NCBI GenBank assembly: GCA_041662125.1
Contig: JBAZTA010000002.1
Coordinates: 268,154-332,153, forward strand
Length of the DNA: 64,000 nt
Reading direction: 5' to 3'
From: Candidatus Omnitrophota bacterium
GTDB lineage: Bacteria; Omnitrophota; Gorgyraeia; Gygaellales; Profunditerraquicolaceae
The translations under genes and the position numbers were made by a program. Under the pieces are notes generated by a model. It saw nothing but the letters and a program-made list of their open reading frames with translations. It had not been told where the DNA came from and did no database searches. Shown here in pieces: positions 27,904 through 37,465 of this stretch; positions within the stretch are counted from its first letter, which is position 1; the number at the start of each line of letters is the position of its first letter.

Positions 27904-29088
27904 ATGGCAGTTAATAAAATTATAGATGGAATTTATTCTGTAGGGGTAGTCGATTGGAACGTGCGCAGTTTTCATGGCCATACGTATTCGACAAACCGCG
28001 GAACTACCTATAACGCGTATTTGATCATTGACGAGAAAATCGCGCTGGTGGATACCGTCTTGGGTTCTTTCTCCCGTGAGCTGATTGAGAATATCCGGCA
28101 GGTCGTCCCGATAGAAAAGATCGATTACATTATTGCTAATCATGTGGAAACCGATCATTCAGGCGCGCTTCCTGAGGTCATGAAGCTTTGCCCAAAGGCA
28201 ATAATATTTGGTACCGAGAAATGTAAAGAGGGCTTGTATAAGCATTATTACGGGGATTGGGATTTTCAGGTAGTTAAGACCGGCGATACGTTGAAATTAG
28301 GGAAACGAACGCTCCAGTTTATCGCAGCCCCCATGATCCATTGGCCTGATAGTATGTTCACCTATTGCCCGCAAGAAGCGTTGCTCTTGCCCAATGATGC
28401 TTTTGGCCAGCATTATGCCACCAGCGAGCGTTTTAATGATGAGGTCGATGCGTGCGCATTAATGGATGAAGCTTTGAAATATTACGCTAATATCCTTTGG
28501 CCGTTAGGCGCGGTAATCTTAAAAAAGATCGCTGAAATACAAAATATGAATATTCCTATTAAGATGATCGCTCCCAGTCATGGTGTTATTTGGCGGCGCG
28601 ACCCAATGCAGATCGTCAATCGCTATGTCTCGTGGGCAAATAATGTTGTTAAGCCTAAGGTAGTGGTTGTGTATGAGACTATGTGGGGTTCTACCGGGAA
28701 AATGGCGCGTAAGATCTTGGAAGGTATTGCAGCTTCGGGCGCCAGTGTTAAACTTTTTGATGTGGCAACAGCAGATAGGACGGAAATTATCAAGGAGATG
28801 CTTGATGCCCGGGGGTTCTGTTTCGGTTCTTCGACCCACGATAATGATATGCTGCCTGCTCTTGCCGGTTTTATGGAGTTTGTCAAAGGCCTGCTTCCTA
28901 AAAACAGGATCGCCTGTGTCTTTGGTTCCCATGGTTGGGCGGGAGGTGCGGTAAAAGAAATTGAGGACGTGTTGAAGACGGCGGGTGTTGAGTTGGCATT
29001 TCCTGGATTAGCCGTCAAATTTGTCCCTGATGAAAATGAGCTCAAACGCTGTTTTGAATTCGGCAGCGAATTTGCCTCAAGGCTTTGA
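27904..29088 (+). CDS. flavodiiron protein (rubredoxin:oxygen / NO reductase, FprA-type)
   Basis: N-terminal MBL-like diiron domain with HVETDHSG, plus a C-terminal flavodoxin-like domain. Confidence 0.9.
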   Translation: MAVNKIIDGIYSVGVVDWNVRSFHGHTYSTNRGTTYNAYLIIDEKIALVDTVLGSFSRELIENIRQVVPIEKIDYIIANHVETDHSGALPEVMKLCPKAIIFGTEKCKEGLYKHYYGDWDFQVVKTGDTLKLGKRTLQFIAAPMIHWPDSMFTYCPQEALLLPNDAFGQHYATSERFNDEVDACALMDEALKYYANILWPLGAVILKKIAEIQNMNIPIKMIAPSHGVIWRRDPMQIVNRYVSWANNVVKPKVVVVYETMWGSTGKMARKILEGIAASGASVKLFDVATADRTEIIKEMLDARGFCFGSSTHDNDMLPALAGFMEFVKGLLPKNRIACVFGSHGWAGGAVKEIEDVLKTAGVELAFPGLAVKFVPDENELKRCFEFGSEFASRL

Positions 29089-29095
29089 TTGCCCT

Positions 29096-29266
29096 ATGGT
29101 AAAGAAAACAGGTATGAAAACTTGCCAGGTTAAAAAAACTCTCCAGTATCGATGCGCGGACTGCGGGTTAGTGGTAACGATTAAGAGAGCTTGTTGTTGC
29201 CGCCAGCCGCGCGATATTACTTGTTGCAATAAACTTATGCAGCAAGGGGAGATAAGCCGTTCATGA
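29096..29266 (+). CDS. desulforedoxin-like small Cys-rich protein
   Basis: YRCADCGLVV...ITCCNKLM matches the desulforedoxin pattern Y-x-C-x-x-CG-x-VV...CC-x-x-x-M. Confidence 0.5.
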   Translation: MVKKTGMKTCQVKKTLQYRCADCGLVVTIKRACCCRQPRDITCCNKLMQQGEISRS

Positions 29267-29748
29267 TAGAATTAAGAGATGAAATTGTTCATTTTTTCCA
29301 AAATCAAGGTTATGTTGTTGTCTCGACAATAGGCCGGGATGGCGGGATACATTCTTCTTGTAAAGGTATTGTTACGATCAGTGGTGAGGGGCGCATATAT
29401 TTGCTTGATCTTTATAAAGGGGTGACGTTTGAGAATCTTAACCGCTGCCAGCAGATAAGTATTACAGCAGTTGATGAACATCGGTTCAGGGGGTATTGCC
29501 TTAAAGGCAAGGCGCATATCGTAAACGTAGGCCAGATTGACCCCTTGGTGGTTTCTGCTTGGGAAGAGAAGATCAACAGCCGTTTGAGTAGGCGGATAGT
29601 AAAAAATATTCAGGGTGAAAAAGGGCATCCGAAACATCCTGAAGTATTGCTGCCTAATCCTGAGTATATGGTTGTTATGGAGGTAAGCGCAGTAATTGAT
29701 CTTACCCCGCATCATTTAAGAGAAACTCCCGGTAAAAAAACGGCCTAG
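29263..29748 (+). CDS. pyridoxamine 5'-phosphate oxidase-family FMN-binding protein
   Basis: PNPOx-like split-barrel N-terminal pattern. Confidence 0.6.
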   Translation: MIELRDEIVHFFQNQGYVVVSTIGRDGGIHSSCKGIVTISGEGRIYLLDLYKGVTFENLNRCQQISITAVDEHRFRGYCLKGKAHIVNVGQIDPLVVSAWEEKINSRLSRRIVKNIQGEKGHPKHPEVLLPNPEYMVVMEVSAVIDLTPHHLRETPGKKTA

Positions 29749-29754
29749 CTGGGG

Positions 29755-29790
29755 TATTGCGCGGGTGTTTCGCTTTCTGCGAAAGGAGGA
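29755..29790 (+). promoter_or_regulatory. conserved regulatory motif, copy 2 (tattgcgcgggtgTTTCGCtttctGCGAAAggagg)
   Basis: The same 33 to 35-nt sequence as 20327..20362, with 3 substitutions. The palindrome TTTCGC-N5-GCGAAA overlaps the SD of the glutaredoxin-like gene. Confidence 0.6.
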
Positions 29791-29795
29791 GTATA

Positions 29796-30032
29796 ATGGC
29801 TAAAGATGTCAAAGTTTATAGTACGCCTACCTGCCCGTATTGCGTAAGGGTAAAACAATTTTTAAAAGATAATAATGTGGTTTTTCAGGACATGGATGTT
29901 TCGGTAAATCAGGCTATGGCGGCAGAAATGATATCGAAGTCAGGCCAGATGGGCGTCCCGGTGCTTGATATAGACGGGGATATTATTGTCGGATTTGATA
30001 AAGGTAAGATTCAGCAGTCTTTGGGGTTATAA
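29796..30032 (+). CDS. glutaredoxin-like protein (NrdH/YruB-like, CPYC)
   Basis: VYSTPTCPYCVRVKQFL...GVPVLDIDG. The ORF-track TTG extension is an artefact of the upstream motif. Confidence 0.8.
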   Translation: MAKDVKVYSTPTCPYCVRVKQFLKDNNVVFQDMDVSVNQAMAAEMISKSGQMGVPVLDIDGDIIVGFDKGKIQQSLGL

Positions 30033-30059
30033 AACAATTCAAAAGCTCCCGCAGAATAG

Positions 30060-30974
30060 ATGGATACGTATGACCTTATTATTATAGGCGCCGGCCCTGC
30101 CGGCATCACTGCCGCGGTATATGCTGCCCGCAAGAAAATGCGTTTTCTTATGGTGAGTAAAGATATTGGCGGCCAGGCGGCATGGAGTGGTGATATTGAG
30201 AATTATACCGGTTATCAGTTTATTTCCGGCCCGGAATTGGTGCATAAATTTGAAGAACACATGCGTACGTATGGCATCGATGTGAAAGAGGGAGAAGAAA
30301 TTATTGGTATCCAGAAATTAAAAGATGTCTTCGAGGTCCGGACAGCAAAGAGCGTTTGGCAGGCAAAGGTTTTGATCATTTGTTCGGGCAAGAGGTCCCG
30401 TGAGTTAGGCGTTCCCGGTGAGCGGGAATTCCGAAACCGCGGATTGACCTATTGCGCTACCTGCGACGGCCCGCTTTTTTCCGGTAAAGACGTTGCGGTG
30501 GTCGGAGGCGGGAATTCCGCCTTAGACGCGGTTTTACAAATGATGCGTATCGCCCGTAAGATCTATCTGATCAATAATACTGCCGTATTAGGAGAAGATG
30601 CAGTTATGCGCGAAAAGGTAACAGCAAGCGCTATGGTTACCGTTATCAATAATGCCCGTGTCGTTTCTGTGCTGGGAGATAAAATGGTCCGTCAAATTGT
30701 TATAAGCCGGGATGCGGTTCAGAGCGTCTTGGATGTCCAAGGCATATTCGTGGAAATCGGGCTTATTCCGAATTCTGAATTTATTCCTGCAATTGAAAAG
30801 AACCACTTAGGAGAAATCGTAGTTAATAAACGCAATGAAACAAGTGTGCCGGGAATCTTTGCCGCAGGAGATGTTACTGATGTCCCTGAAAAACAGATCA
30901 TTATTGCTGCAGGGGAGGGGTCCAAAGCTTGTTTAAGCGCGTTTCGGTATTTGGCACAACAGCCGTTTCCATGA
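30060..30974 (+). CDS. trxB: thioredoxin-disulfide reductase-like flavoprotein
   Basis: GAGPAG FAD motif, redox-active CATCDG, and GGGNSA NAD motif. Confidence 0.85.
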   Translation: MDTYDLIIIGAGPAGITAAVYAARKKMRFLMVSKDIGGQAAWSGDIENYTGYQFISGPELVHKFEEHMRTYGIDVKEGEEIIGIQKLKDVFEVRTAKSVWQAKVLIICSGKRSRELGVPGEREFRNRGLTYCATCDGPLFSGKDVAVVGGGNSALDAVLQMMRIARKIYLINNTAVLGEDAVMREKVTASAMVTVINNARVVSVLGDKMVRQIVISRDAVQSVLDVQGIFVEIGLIPNSEFIPAIEKNHLGEIVVNKRNETSVPGIFAAGDVTDVPEKQIIIAAGEGSKACLSAFRYLAQQPFP

Positions 30975-30994
30975 GAATGAAAAAAGAGGATATA

Positions 30995-31657
30995 ATGGGT
31001 GAGTATAAGAATTTTGAAAAGCAGCGAATAGTAAAACAGCTGTTTTTTTCCGGCCTTTTTATTCTGGTCCTTGTCGGTGGTTGGTTTTTCCCGCTCCTGG
31101 GTTTTTTTATCCCTCTCTGTATGGTTTTAGGCGTGAGCATTGCTTTCTTTCAGGGGAGGAAGTGGTGCGATTGGTATTGTCCTCGGGGCAGTTTTTGGGA
31201 CTATATGATAAAGCCTTTGAGCCCTCATAAAGCAATCCCTGCGTTCTTTAAAAATATGTTTGTACGTTTGAGTATTTTGGCTTTTCTTATGGGCCTCATG
31301 GCCTGGCAGATCATAAGCCGTTGGCCGGACCCATATAAAATAGGGAAGTTTTTCGCGATGATGCTTACCATAACTACTGCGGCGGGAATTGTCCTTGCTT
31401 TGATCTATCACCAGCGTTTATGGTGTTATGTGTGCCCTATTGGTACTCTGTCGAATTTAGCCGGTAAAGATAAAAAACCCTTAAAGATCAAATCTCATTT
31501 ATGTGTTGAGTGTAAGCAGTGTTTTAAGGTTTGCCCGATGCAAATTAAAGCGTATAGTTACAAGAAGGATGAAAGCGTTATTGATGTAAAGGACGGGGAT
31601 TGTTTAAAGTGTGAATCCTGTGTATATGCCTGTCCGAGAAAAGCCTTGTATTTTTAA
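30995..31657 (+). CDS. membrane-anchored 4Fe-4S ferredoxin-type protein
   Basis: TM helices plus CxxCxxCxxxCP motifs (CVECKQCFKVCP; CLKCESCVYACP). AAGAGGA RBS before the ATG at 30995. Confidence 0.7.
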   Translation: MGEYKNFEKQRIVKQLFFSGLFILVLVGGWFFPLLGFFIPLCMVLGVSIAFFQGRKWCDWYCPRGSFWDYMIKPLSPHKAIPAFFKNMFVRLSILAFLMGLMAWQIISRWPDPYKIGKFFAMMLTITTAAGIVLALIYHQRLWCYVCPIGTLSNLAGKDKKPLKIKSHLCVECKQCFKVCPMQIKAYSYKKDESVIDVKDGDCLKCESCVYACPRKALYF

Positions 31658-31695
31658 GCATTCTCGTAACAACAAGAAATACAAATAATTTCTTC

Positions 31696-31738
31696 TTGAC
31701 AAAAAAAGAACACCATGTTATCATCTACTAATATGATA
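31696..31738 (+). promoter_or_regulatory. sigma70-like promoter with a palindromic operator upstream of the second Rrf2 regulator gene
   Basis: TTGACA at 31696..31701, a 17-nt spacer, and TATCAT at 31719..31724. The palindrome TATCAT-N8-ATGATA lies at 31719..31738. Confidence 0.55.
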
Positions 31739-31772
31739 GAGTTGGTAGTGATTGGCAGGGGGAGGCTTTAGG

Positions 31773-32213
31773 ATGAAAATATCCACAAAAGGCCGGTATG
31801 GTGTTCGATTAATGTTAGAGTTAGCTTTACATTATGGGAAGGGGCCGGTTTTCTTAAAATGTATTGCTGAAAAACAGGGTATATCTGAGAAGTACCTTTG
31901 GCAGTTGCTTGCTCCACTTAAAGCAGCAGGATTGGTTAATTCACTGCGAGGCGCGCACGGAGGCTATATTTTGGCAAAACCTCCGGCACAGATAACGTTA
32001 AAAGAAATTGTTGTTACATTAGAAGGTTCTCTATTAGCGGTAGAGTGTGTTGATGTTCCGGAAAGTTGTTCGCGGATACAGTCCTGTGTTACGCGGGATG
32101 TTTGGAAAGAAGTTTCTGAGAAAGTATCTCATACATTAGAAGCTATTACATTACAGCATTTGGTTGGACGACAGCATCAAAAAGAAACACGTTCTCAATC
32201 GTATGATATTTAA
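31773..32213 (+). CDS. Rrf2-family transcriptional regulator (CymR/IscR-like)
   Basis: MKISTKGRYGVRLMLELA Rrf2 N-terminus with GGGGGAGG RBS, heading the cysK/Fe-S cluster. Confidence 0.85.
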   Translation: MKISTKGRYGVRLMLELALHYGKGPVFLKCIAEKQGISEKYLWQLLAPLKAAGLVNSLRGAHGGYILAKPPAQITLKEIVVTLEGSLLAVECVDVPESCSRIQSCVTRDVWKEVSEKVSHTLEAITLQHLVGRQHQKETRSQSYDI

Positions 32214-32241
32214 GCTTAAGGGATAGTTCTTAAGGAAACAG

Positions 32242-33162
32242 ATGAAAATAGCAGATGATATAACAAAATTGGTCGGCAACACCCCGTTGGTCAGGATTAA
32301 TAAGCTCGCTTCGGGATTAGAGGCGACACTGGTGGCTAAACTAGAGTTTTTTAATCCGCTCTCCAGCGTCAAAGATAGGATTGGTGTTGCTATGATCAAT
32401 GACGCTCAAAACAAAGGTTTAATTAAAAAAGATACCGCTATTATTGAACCAACCAGCGGAAATACCGGTATTGCGTTGGCTTTTGTTTGCGCTTCCCGCG
32501 GTTACCGCTTGATTTTAACCATGCCGGATACGATGAGTTTAGAGCGGCGGCAGCTTCTTAAGACTCTGGGCGCCGAAATTGTATTGACTCCCGGTGTAGA
32601 AGGTATGAGCGGCGCTATCAGGAAAGCAGAAAGCTTAGCGCGTGAAACCGCCAATTCTTTTATGCCGCAGCAATTTAAGAATCCGGCTAACCCTGCGATC
32701 CATCGGGAAACTACCGCTGAAGAAATATGGCGTGATACTGACGGCAAGGTTGATATTCTTGTAGCAGGCGTAGGGACAGGAGGCACTATTACCGGGATAA
32801 CTGAAATGATCAAAGCAAGGAAACCGGAGTTTCGCTCAATTGCCGTTGAACCAAAAGATTCTCCTGTGCTTTCCGGAGGAAAGCCGGGCGCGCATAAAAT
32901 TCAGGGTATAGGAGCTGGTTTTGTTCCTGATGTCTTAAGAAAAGAGTTGTTGGATGAAATTATTCAGGTAAGTAATGATGACGCGGCAGAAACAGCCCGC
33001 AGGTTAGCCAGGCAAGAAGGTATTTTGGCGGGTATTTCTTCAGGAGCAGCGGTTTTCGCGGCTTTGGCCGTGGGCAGAAGGCAGGAAAATAAGGGTAAAT
33101 TGATCGTGGTAATATTACCGGATACCGGCGAGCGGTATTTATCCACGAATTTGTTTGTTTAA
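32242..33162 (+). CDS. cysK: cysteine synthase A (O-acetylserine sulfhydrylase)
   Basis: PLP-binding SVKDRIG lysine motif and the GNTG loop. Confidence 0.9.
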   Translation: MKIADDITKLVGNTPLVRINKLASGLEATLVAKLEFFNPLSSVKDRIGVAMINDAQNKGLIKKDTAIIEPTSGNTGIALAFVCASRGYRLILTMPDTMSLERRQLLKTLGAEIVLTPGVEGMSGAIRKAESLARETANSFMPQQFKNPANPAIHRETTAEEIWRDTDGKVDILVAGVGTGGTITGITEMIKARKPEFRSIAVEPKDSPVLSGGKPGAHKIQGIGAGFVPDVLRKELLDEIIQVSNDDAAETARRLARQEGILAGISSGAAVFAALAVGRRQENKGKLIVVILPDTGERYLSTNLFV

Positions 33163-33209
33163 TGGAGAGAAGTTTGTTATAATTCTTGGTAAACGAAAGG
33201 GAGCATGGT

Positions 33210-34001
33210 ATGGCACTTGATGATATTAAGATTTCCAGGGCGATTATTGACGCGTACGCGGATAAGTTACGAAAATCTCTTGATGTCGATGTAGCGATTG
33301 TCGGCGGAGGCCCTGCAGGGTTGACCTGCGGGTATTATTTAGCCAAACAGGGCGTTAATGTGATCTTAATTGAGCGAAAGCTTGCTGTCGGCGGAGGTAT
33401 GTGGGGCGGCGGAATGATGTTTAACGAAATCGTGGTTCAGGAAGAAGCCAGGGAGATCCTCGATGAGATGGATGTCCGTACCAGGGAGTATGAAAAAGGC
33501 TATTATTTATCTGATTCCATTGAAGCGATCACGACCATCACCTCTAAAGCGGTTAAAGCAGGCCTGCGGATATTAAACTGTATTTCTGCTGAAGACGTAA
33601 TGATCCGCAGCGGCTGTATCGCAGGCTTAGTGCTTAACTGGTCGGCAGTCGATATTGCCAAGCTCCATGTTGATCCGCTTTCCATCCGTGCCACCTATAC
33701 GGTCGATGCTACCGGGCATGCGGTGGAGATCTGCCGTATCACTGAAAGAAAAGTCGGCGCGGTTTTAAAGACTGAAACCGGAAAGATCATCGGGGAAGGT
33801 TCAATGTGGGCTGATAAAGGCGAAGAATTTATCATAAAGAATACCAAAGAGGTGTATCCCGGGCTTTATGTTTGTGGTATGGCCGCTAATGGCGTATTCG
33901 GCGGCCCGCGTATGGGGCCGATATTCGGGGGAATGCTTCTTTCGGGAAGAAAATTATCAAAAGAGTTGTTAAATAAATTAAAAAAGGCGAATAAAAAATG
34001 A
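33210..34001 (+). CDS. thi4: Thi4-family thiazole synthase (sulfide-dependent type)
   Basis: [11 protein letters not shown] dinucleotide motif and Thi4 core blocks. Confidence 0.8.
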   Translation: MALDDIKISRAIIDAYADKLRKSLDVDVAIVGGGPAGLTCGYYLAKQGVNVILIERKLAVGGGMWGGGMMFNEIVVQEEAREILDEMDVRTREYEKGYYLSDSIEAITTITSKAVKAGLRILNCISAEDVMIRSGCIAGLVLNWSAVDIAKLHVDPLSIRATYTVDATGHAVEICRITERKVGAVLKTETGKIIGEGSMWADKGEEFIIKNTKEVYPGLYVCGMAANGVFGGPRMGPIFGGMLLSGRKLSKELLNKLKKANKK

Positions 34002-35206
34002 AAACAGTAGCTGAAATTAATGAGAAAATAAAAAAAGGCCAGGTTGTCGTTGTTACCGCTGAAGAGATCATTGATCTGGTTGAAAAGAAGGGTGCTAAAA
34101 AAGCCTCTCAGGAAGTCGATGTCGTAACGACGGGGACATTCGGCCCCATGTGTTCTTCCGGAGCTTATTTTAATATCGGGCATAGTAAACCCCGCATTAA
34201 GATCGGCGGGGGGACGTGTAAATTCAATGATGTTCCCGCGTATACCGGTTTTGCCGCGGTAGATATTTATTTGGGCGCTACTGCTCTTCCGGATGATGAC
34301 CCGCGCAATAAAATATATCCGGGTGAATTCAGGTATGGCGGCGCGTATGTCATTCAGGAGTTGCTTGAAGGCAAAGATGTCCGGCTGGAGGCCACCGGTT
34401 ATGGGACTGATTGTTATCCCCGAAGGAAACTGGAAACTTTTATTAATTTGCGCGATTTAAATGAGGCTGTGCTTTTTAATATCCGTAACGCGTATCAAAA
34501 TTACAACGTGGCGGTTAACCTTTCTGATAAGGTGATCTATACGTATATGGGAGCGCTCAAGCCGGGCTTGGGAAACGCGAATTATTGTTCGGCTGGGCAG
34601 TTGTCTCCGTTACTGAAAGATCCGTATTATAAAACGATCGGGATCGGCACCAGAATATTCTTAGGCGGAGGCATTGGTTATGTTTCCTGGCAGGGTACTC
34701 AGCATAACCCCGGCGTGTTGCGGAAAGAAAACGGCATCCCCTGCGCGCCTGCGGGTACATTAGCGGTTATCGGAGATTTAAAACAGATGAAGCCGCAGTG
34801 GCTGCGCGGCACGAGTATGCTTGGTTATGGGGTAAGCCTGGCGGTTGGGATCGGTGTCCCTATTCCTGTTTTAAATGAAGAGATCCTTAGTTATGCCGCG
34901 CGTAAAGATGAAGAGATATATACTCAAGTTGTCGACTACAGCCAGTCATATCCGAATTGTATCCCTGGCTCATTGGGTGAAGTTAATTACGCTCAGCTTA
35001 AATCAGGAAAGATTAAAGTCCAGGGGAAAGATGTTCTTACGGGAGCATTGTCTAGTTATTCCAAAGCAAGAGAGATCGCTTTAGAATTGAAAGCTTGGAT
35101 AACCAAAGGCGAATTTCTTTTATCGGAACAAGTCGCCCCCTTGCCGGCTTTTGATTCAGGATACGCGGTTAAAGCATTAAAGGAGCGGCCGATTATTTTG
35201 CCGTAA
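33998..35206 (+). CDS. COG1900/DUF39 homocysteine biosynthesis protein (methanogen MA1821-type sulfur-incorporation enzyme)
   Basis: Conserved DUF39 N-terminus ([18 protein letters not shown]...[13 protein letters not shown]). Its usual NIL-ferredoxin partner is encoded at 35887. Confidence 0.75.
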   Translation: MKTVAEINEKIKKGQVVVVTAEEIIDLVEKKGAKKASQEVDVVTTGTFGPMCSSGAYFNIGHSKPRIKIGGGTCKFNDVPAYTGFAAVDIYLGATALPDDDPRNKIYPGEFRYGGAYVIQELLEGKDVRLEATGYGTDCYPRRKLETFINLRDLNEAVLFNIRNAYQNYNVAVNLSDKVIYTYMGALKPGLGNANYCSAGQLSPLLKDPYYKTIGIGTRIFLGGGIGYVSWQGTQHNPGVLRKENGIPCAPAGTLAVIGDLKQMKPQWLRGTSMLGYGVSLAVGIGVPIPVLNEEILSYAARKDEEIYTQVVDYSQSYPNCIPGSLGEVNYAQLKSGKIKVQGKDVLTGALSSYSKAREIALELKAWITKGEFLLSEQVAPLPAFDSGYAVKALKERPIILP

Positions 35207-35222
35207 CTAAAAGGAAACGGTT

Positions 35223-35600
35223 ATGGAAGGATATAGTTCGAAATTGATGGAGTATTTCCTTAATCCTCGTAATGTAGGAGAAGTCGATAATCCCAGTGGC
35301 AAGGGAAAGGTCGGCAATATCATTTGCGGGGATATTATGGAACTTACTATAAAAGTTGAGAATGATATTATCACGGACGCCAAGTTCAAGACTCTTGGAT
35401 GCGGCGCGGCAATTGCTACTTCATCGATGGTGACGGAAATGGTGAAAGGAAAGACAGTCGAAGAGGCCTTGAAAGTTTCCAATAAAGCGGTTGCGGAAGC
35501 TTTAGGTGGGTTGCCGGAAAAAAAATTGCATTGTTCAGTTTTGGCTGAGCAGGCATTGAAAGAAGCGGTCAAGGATTATCGAAGCAAGAAAATAGGATAA
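35223..35600 (+). CDS. iscU: Fe-S cluster assembly scaffold IscU/NifU N-terminal type
   Basis: GCGDIMELT, LGCGAAIATS and HCSVLAEQAL, the three conserved Cys motifs. Confidence 0.9.
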   Translation: MEGYSSKLMEYFLNPRNVGEVDNPSGKGKVGNIICGDIMELTIKVENDIITDAKFKTLGCGAAIATSSMVTEMVKGKTVEEALKVSNKAVAEALGGLPEKKLHCSVLAEQALKEAVKDYRSKKIG

Positions 35601-35638
35601 TTTCCTCGGCATAAGAGGATACCAGAAGGAGAGAAAAC

Positions 35639-35860
35639 ATGAAAGAAGCAGTTGAGAAGGCATTAGTTAAGGTTAAAGAAATGCTTGCCGCCGACGGTGG
35701 CAGTTTGGAATTAGTGGAAGTTACCAAGGATGGTGTTGTAAAAGTAAAATTGACCGGAGCTTGCGGCTGCTGCCCGATGAGCCAGATGACCTTAAAGATG
35801 GGTATTGAGCGGATGCTTAAGAAAGATGTCCCTGAGGTAAAAGAAGTAGTCGCAGTTTAA
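35639..35860 (+). CDS. Nfu/NifU C-terminal-domain protein
   Basis: GACGCCPMSQMTLK CxxC motif. Confidence 0.8.
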   Translation: MKEAVEKALVKVKEMLAADGGSLELVEVTKDGVVKVKLTGACGCCPMSQMTLKMGIERMLKKDVPEVKEVVAV

Positions 35861-35886
35861 GGAAAGTTAAGGAGCGTGAGCCTACC

Positions 35887-36294
35887 ATGATTTCTAAAAG
35901 GATAGTATTACATTTTCCTCACCGTTTAGTCGACCAGCCGATCGTATATAAATTAGTTAAAGAATTCAACCTTAAATTCAATATATTAAAGGCTTATGTG
36001 ACACCTCAAGAAGAGGGGCTTATGGTCTTAGAATTAAACGGAAAAGATGATGATTTTAAAAAAGGGATAGAGTATTTACAATCTTCAGGTGTCAAGATCC
36101 AGCCATTAAGCGAAGATGTTACGCGCAATGAGGCAAAATGCACGCATTGCGGCGTTTGTGTGCCTATCTGTCCGACGCAAGCCCTTGAAGTTGACCCGGT
36201 AACCCGTAAAGTTAATTTCTACAATACCAAGTGTATTGCCTGCGAGTTCTGCATTAAGATTTGCCCGACACGGGCGATGGAGATCACGCTGTAG
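35887..36294 (+). CDS. NIL-domain 4Fe-4S ferredoxin (MA1822-type partner of COG1900)
   Basis: N-terminal NIL-like domain plus two CxxCxxCxxxCP motifs. Confidence 0.75.
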   Translation: MISKRIVLHFPHRLVDQPIVYKLVKEFNLKFNILKAYVTPQEEGLMVLELNGKDDDFKKGIEYLQSSGVKIQPLSEDVTRNEAKCTHCGVCVPICPTQALEVDPVTRKVNFYNTKCIACEFCIKICPTRAMEITL

Positions 36295-36302
36295 GAGTTT
36301 TG

Positions 36303-37460
36303 ATGAGAGTATATGTTGATTATGCGGCGACCACACCTTGTGATCCGCGTGTTTTAAAAGCGATGGAACCGTATTTCTTTGAGAAATTCGGAAACCCCTC
36401 GAGTATTCATTCTTTTGGGAAAGAGTCAAAGGAAGCTATTGAGGATGCGCGCTTGAAGATCGCGGCTTGTTTAGGAGCGTTGCCTGAAGAGATCGTTTTT
36501 ACTTCAGGCGGCACTGAGTCTAATAATACCGCGATATTCGGTGCGGCTTTCGCGCAGGAGAAAAAAGGGAACCACATTATTATTTCTGCCATAGAGCACC
36601 ACGCGGTACTTGAGCCGGCAAAGCTTTTAGAAAAAAAAGGCTTCCGGCTAACCTATGTGGGCGTTGACCGCTATGGGGTGGTCGATCCTGCGGATATTAA
36701 GAAAGCCATTACTGATAAGACGATCTTGGTCTCAGTGATGCACGCCAACAATGAAGTAGGGACTATCCAGCCTATCGCTGAGATCGGAGCTTTCACCCGG
36801 GAAAAAGGGGTTTATTTTCATACAGATGCGGTGCAGACCGTTGGCCATATACCGGTGAACGTAAACGAGCTGGGTGTTGACCTTTTGTCGCTTTCAGCGC
36901 ATAAATTTTACGGCCCTAAAGGGGTGGGAGCTTTGTATATCAGAAAAGGGACGCGCCTCCAGCGATTTTTGCATGGCGGGGACCAGGAAAAAGGGCTGCG
37001 TGCTTCAACGTATAATACTCCGGGTATCGTAGGGGCGGGAATGGCACTCCAGTTGTGCCGGGATTCGATGGGAGAGGAAGCAGCCTTTCAATCGGAATTA
37101 CGAGATACTTTTATCCGGGAAATACAAAAAAAGATACCTGATACCTGCCTCAACGGCCATCCGCAAAAACGGCTTCCTAATAACGTCAACATTTCCATCC
37201 GGTATATCGAAGGTGAATCGATCCTTTTGACATTGGATATGCTGGGTATTGCTGTCTCTACCGGTTCAGCGTGCACTTCGAGCTCTCTTGAGCCTTCCCA
37301 TGTTTTGCTGGCGATGGGATTGACGCATGAGATCGCCCATAGTTCTTTACGGGTCAGCTTAGGCAGATGGACAAAGCAAGAGGATATTACGTATATAGTG
37401 GAGCAACTTCCTCCTATTGCTGCGAAATTGCGCGCGATGTCTCCTCTCTATCAAAAATAA
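36303..37460 (+). CDS. iscS: cysteine desulfurase (NifS/IscS family)
   Basis: PLP-lysine block SLSAHKFYGPKG and active-site STGSACTS. Confidence 0.9.
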   Translation: MRVYVDYAATTPCDPRVLKAMEPYFFEKFGNPSSIHSFGKESKEAIEDARLKIAACLGALPEEIVFTSGGTESNNTAIFGAAFAQEKKGNHIIISAIEHHAVLEPAKLLEKKGFRLTYVGVDRYGVVDPADIKKAITDKTILVSVMHANNEVGTIQPIAEIGAFTREKGVYFHTDAVQTVGHIPVNVNELGVDLLSLSAHKFYGPKGVGALYIRKGTRLQRFLHGGDQEKGLRASTYNTPGIVGAGMALQLCRDSMGEEAAFQSELRDTFIREIQKKIPDTCLNGHPQKRLPNNVNISIRYIEGESILLTLDMLGIAVSTGSACTSSSLEPSHVLLAMGLTHEIAHSSLRVSLGRWTKQEDITYIVEQLPPIAAKLRAMSPLYQK

Positions 37461-37465
37461 TTAAT

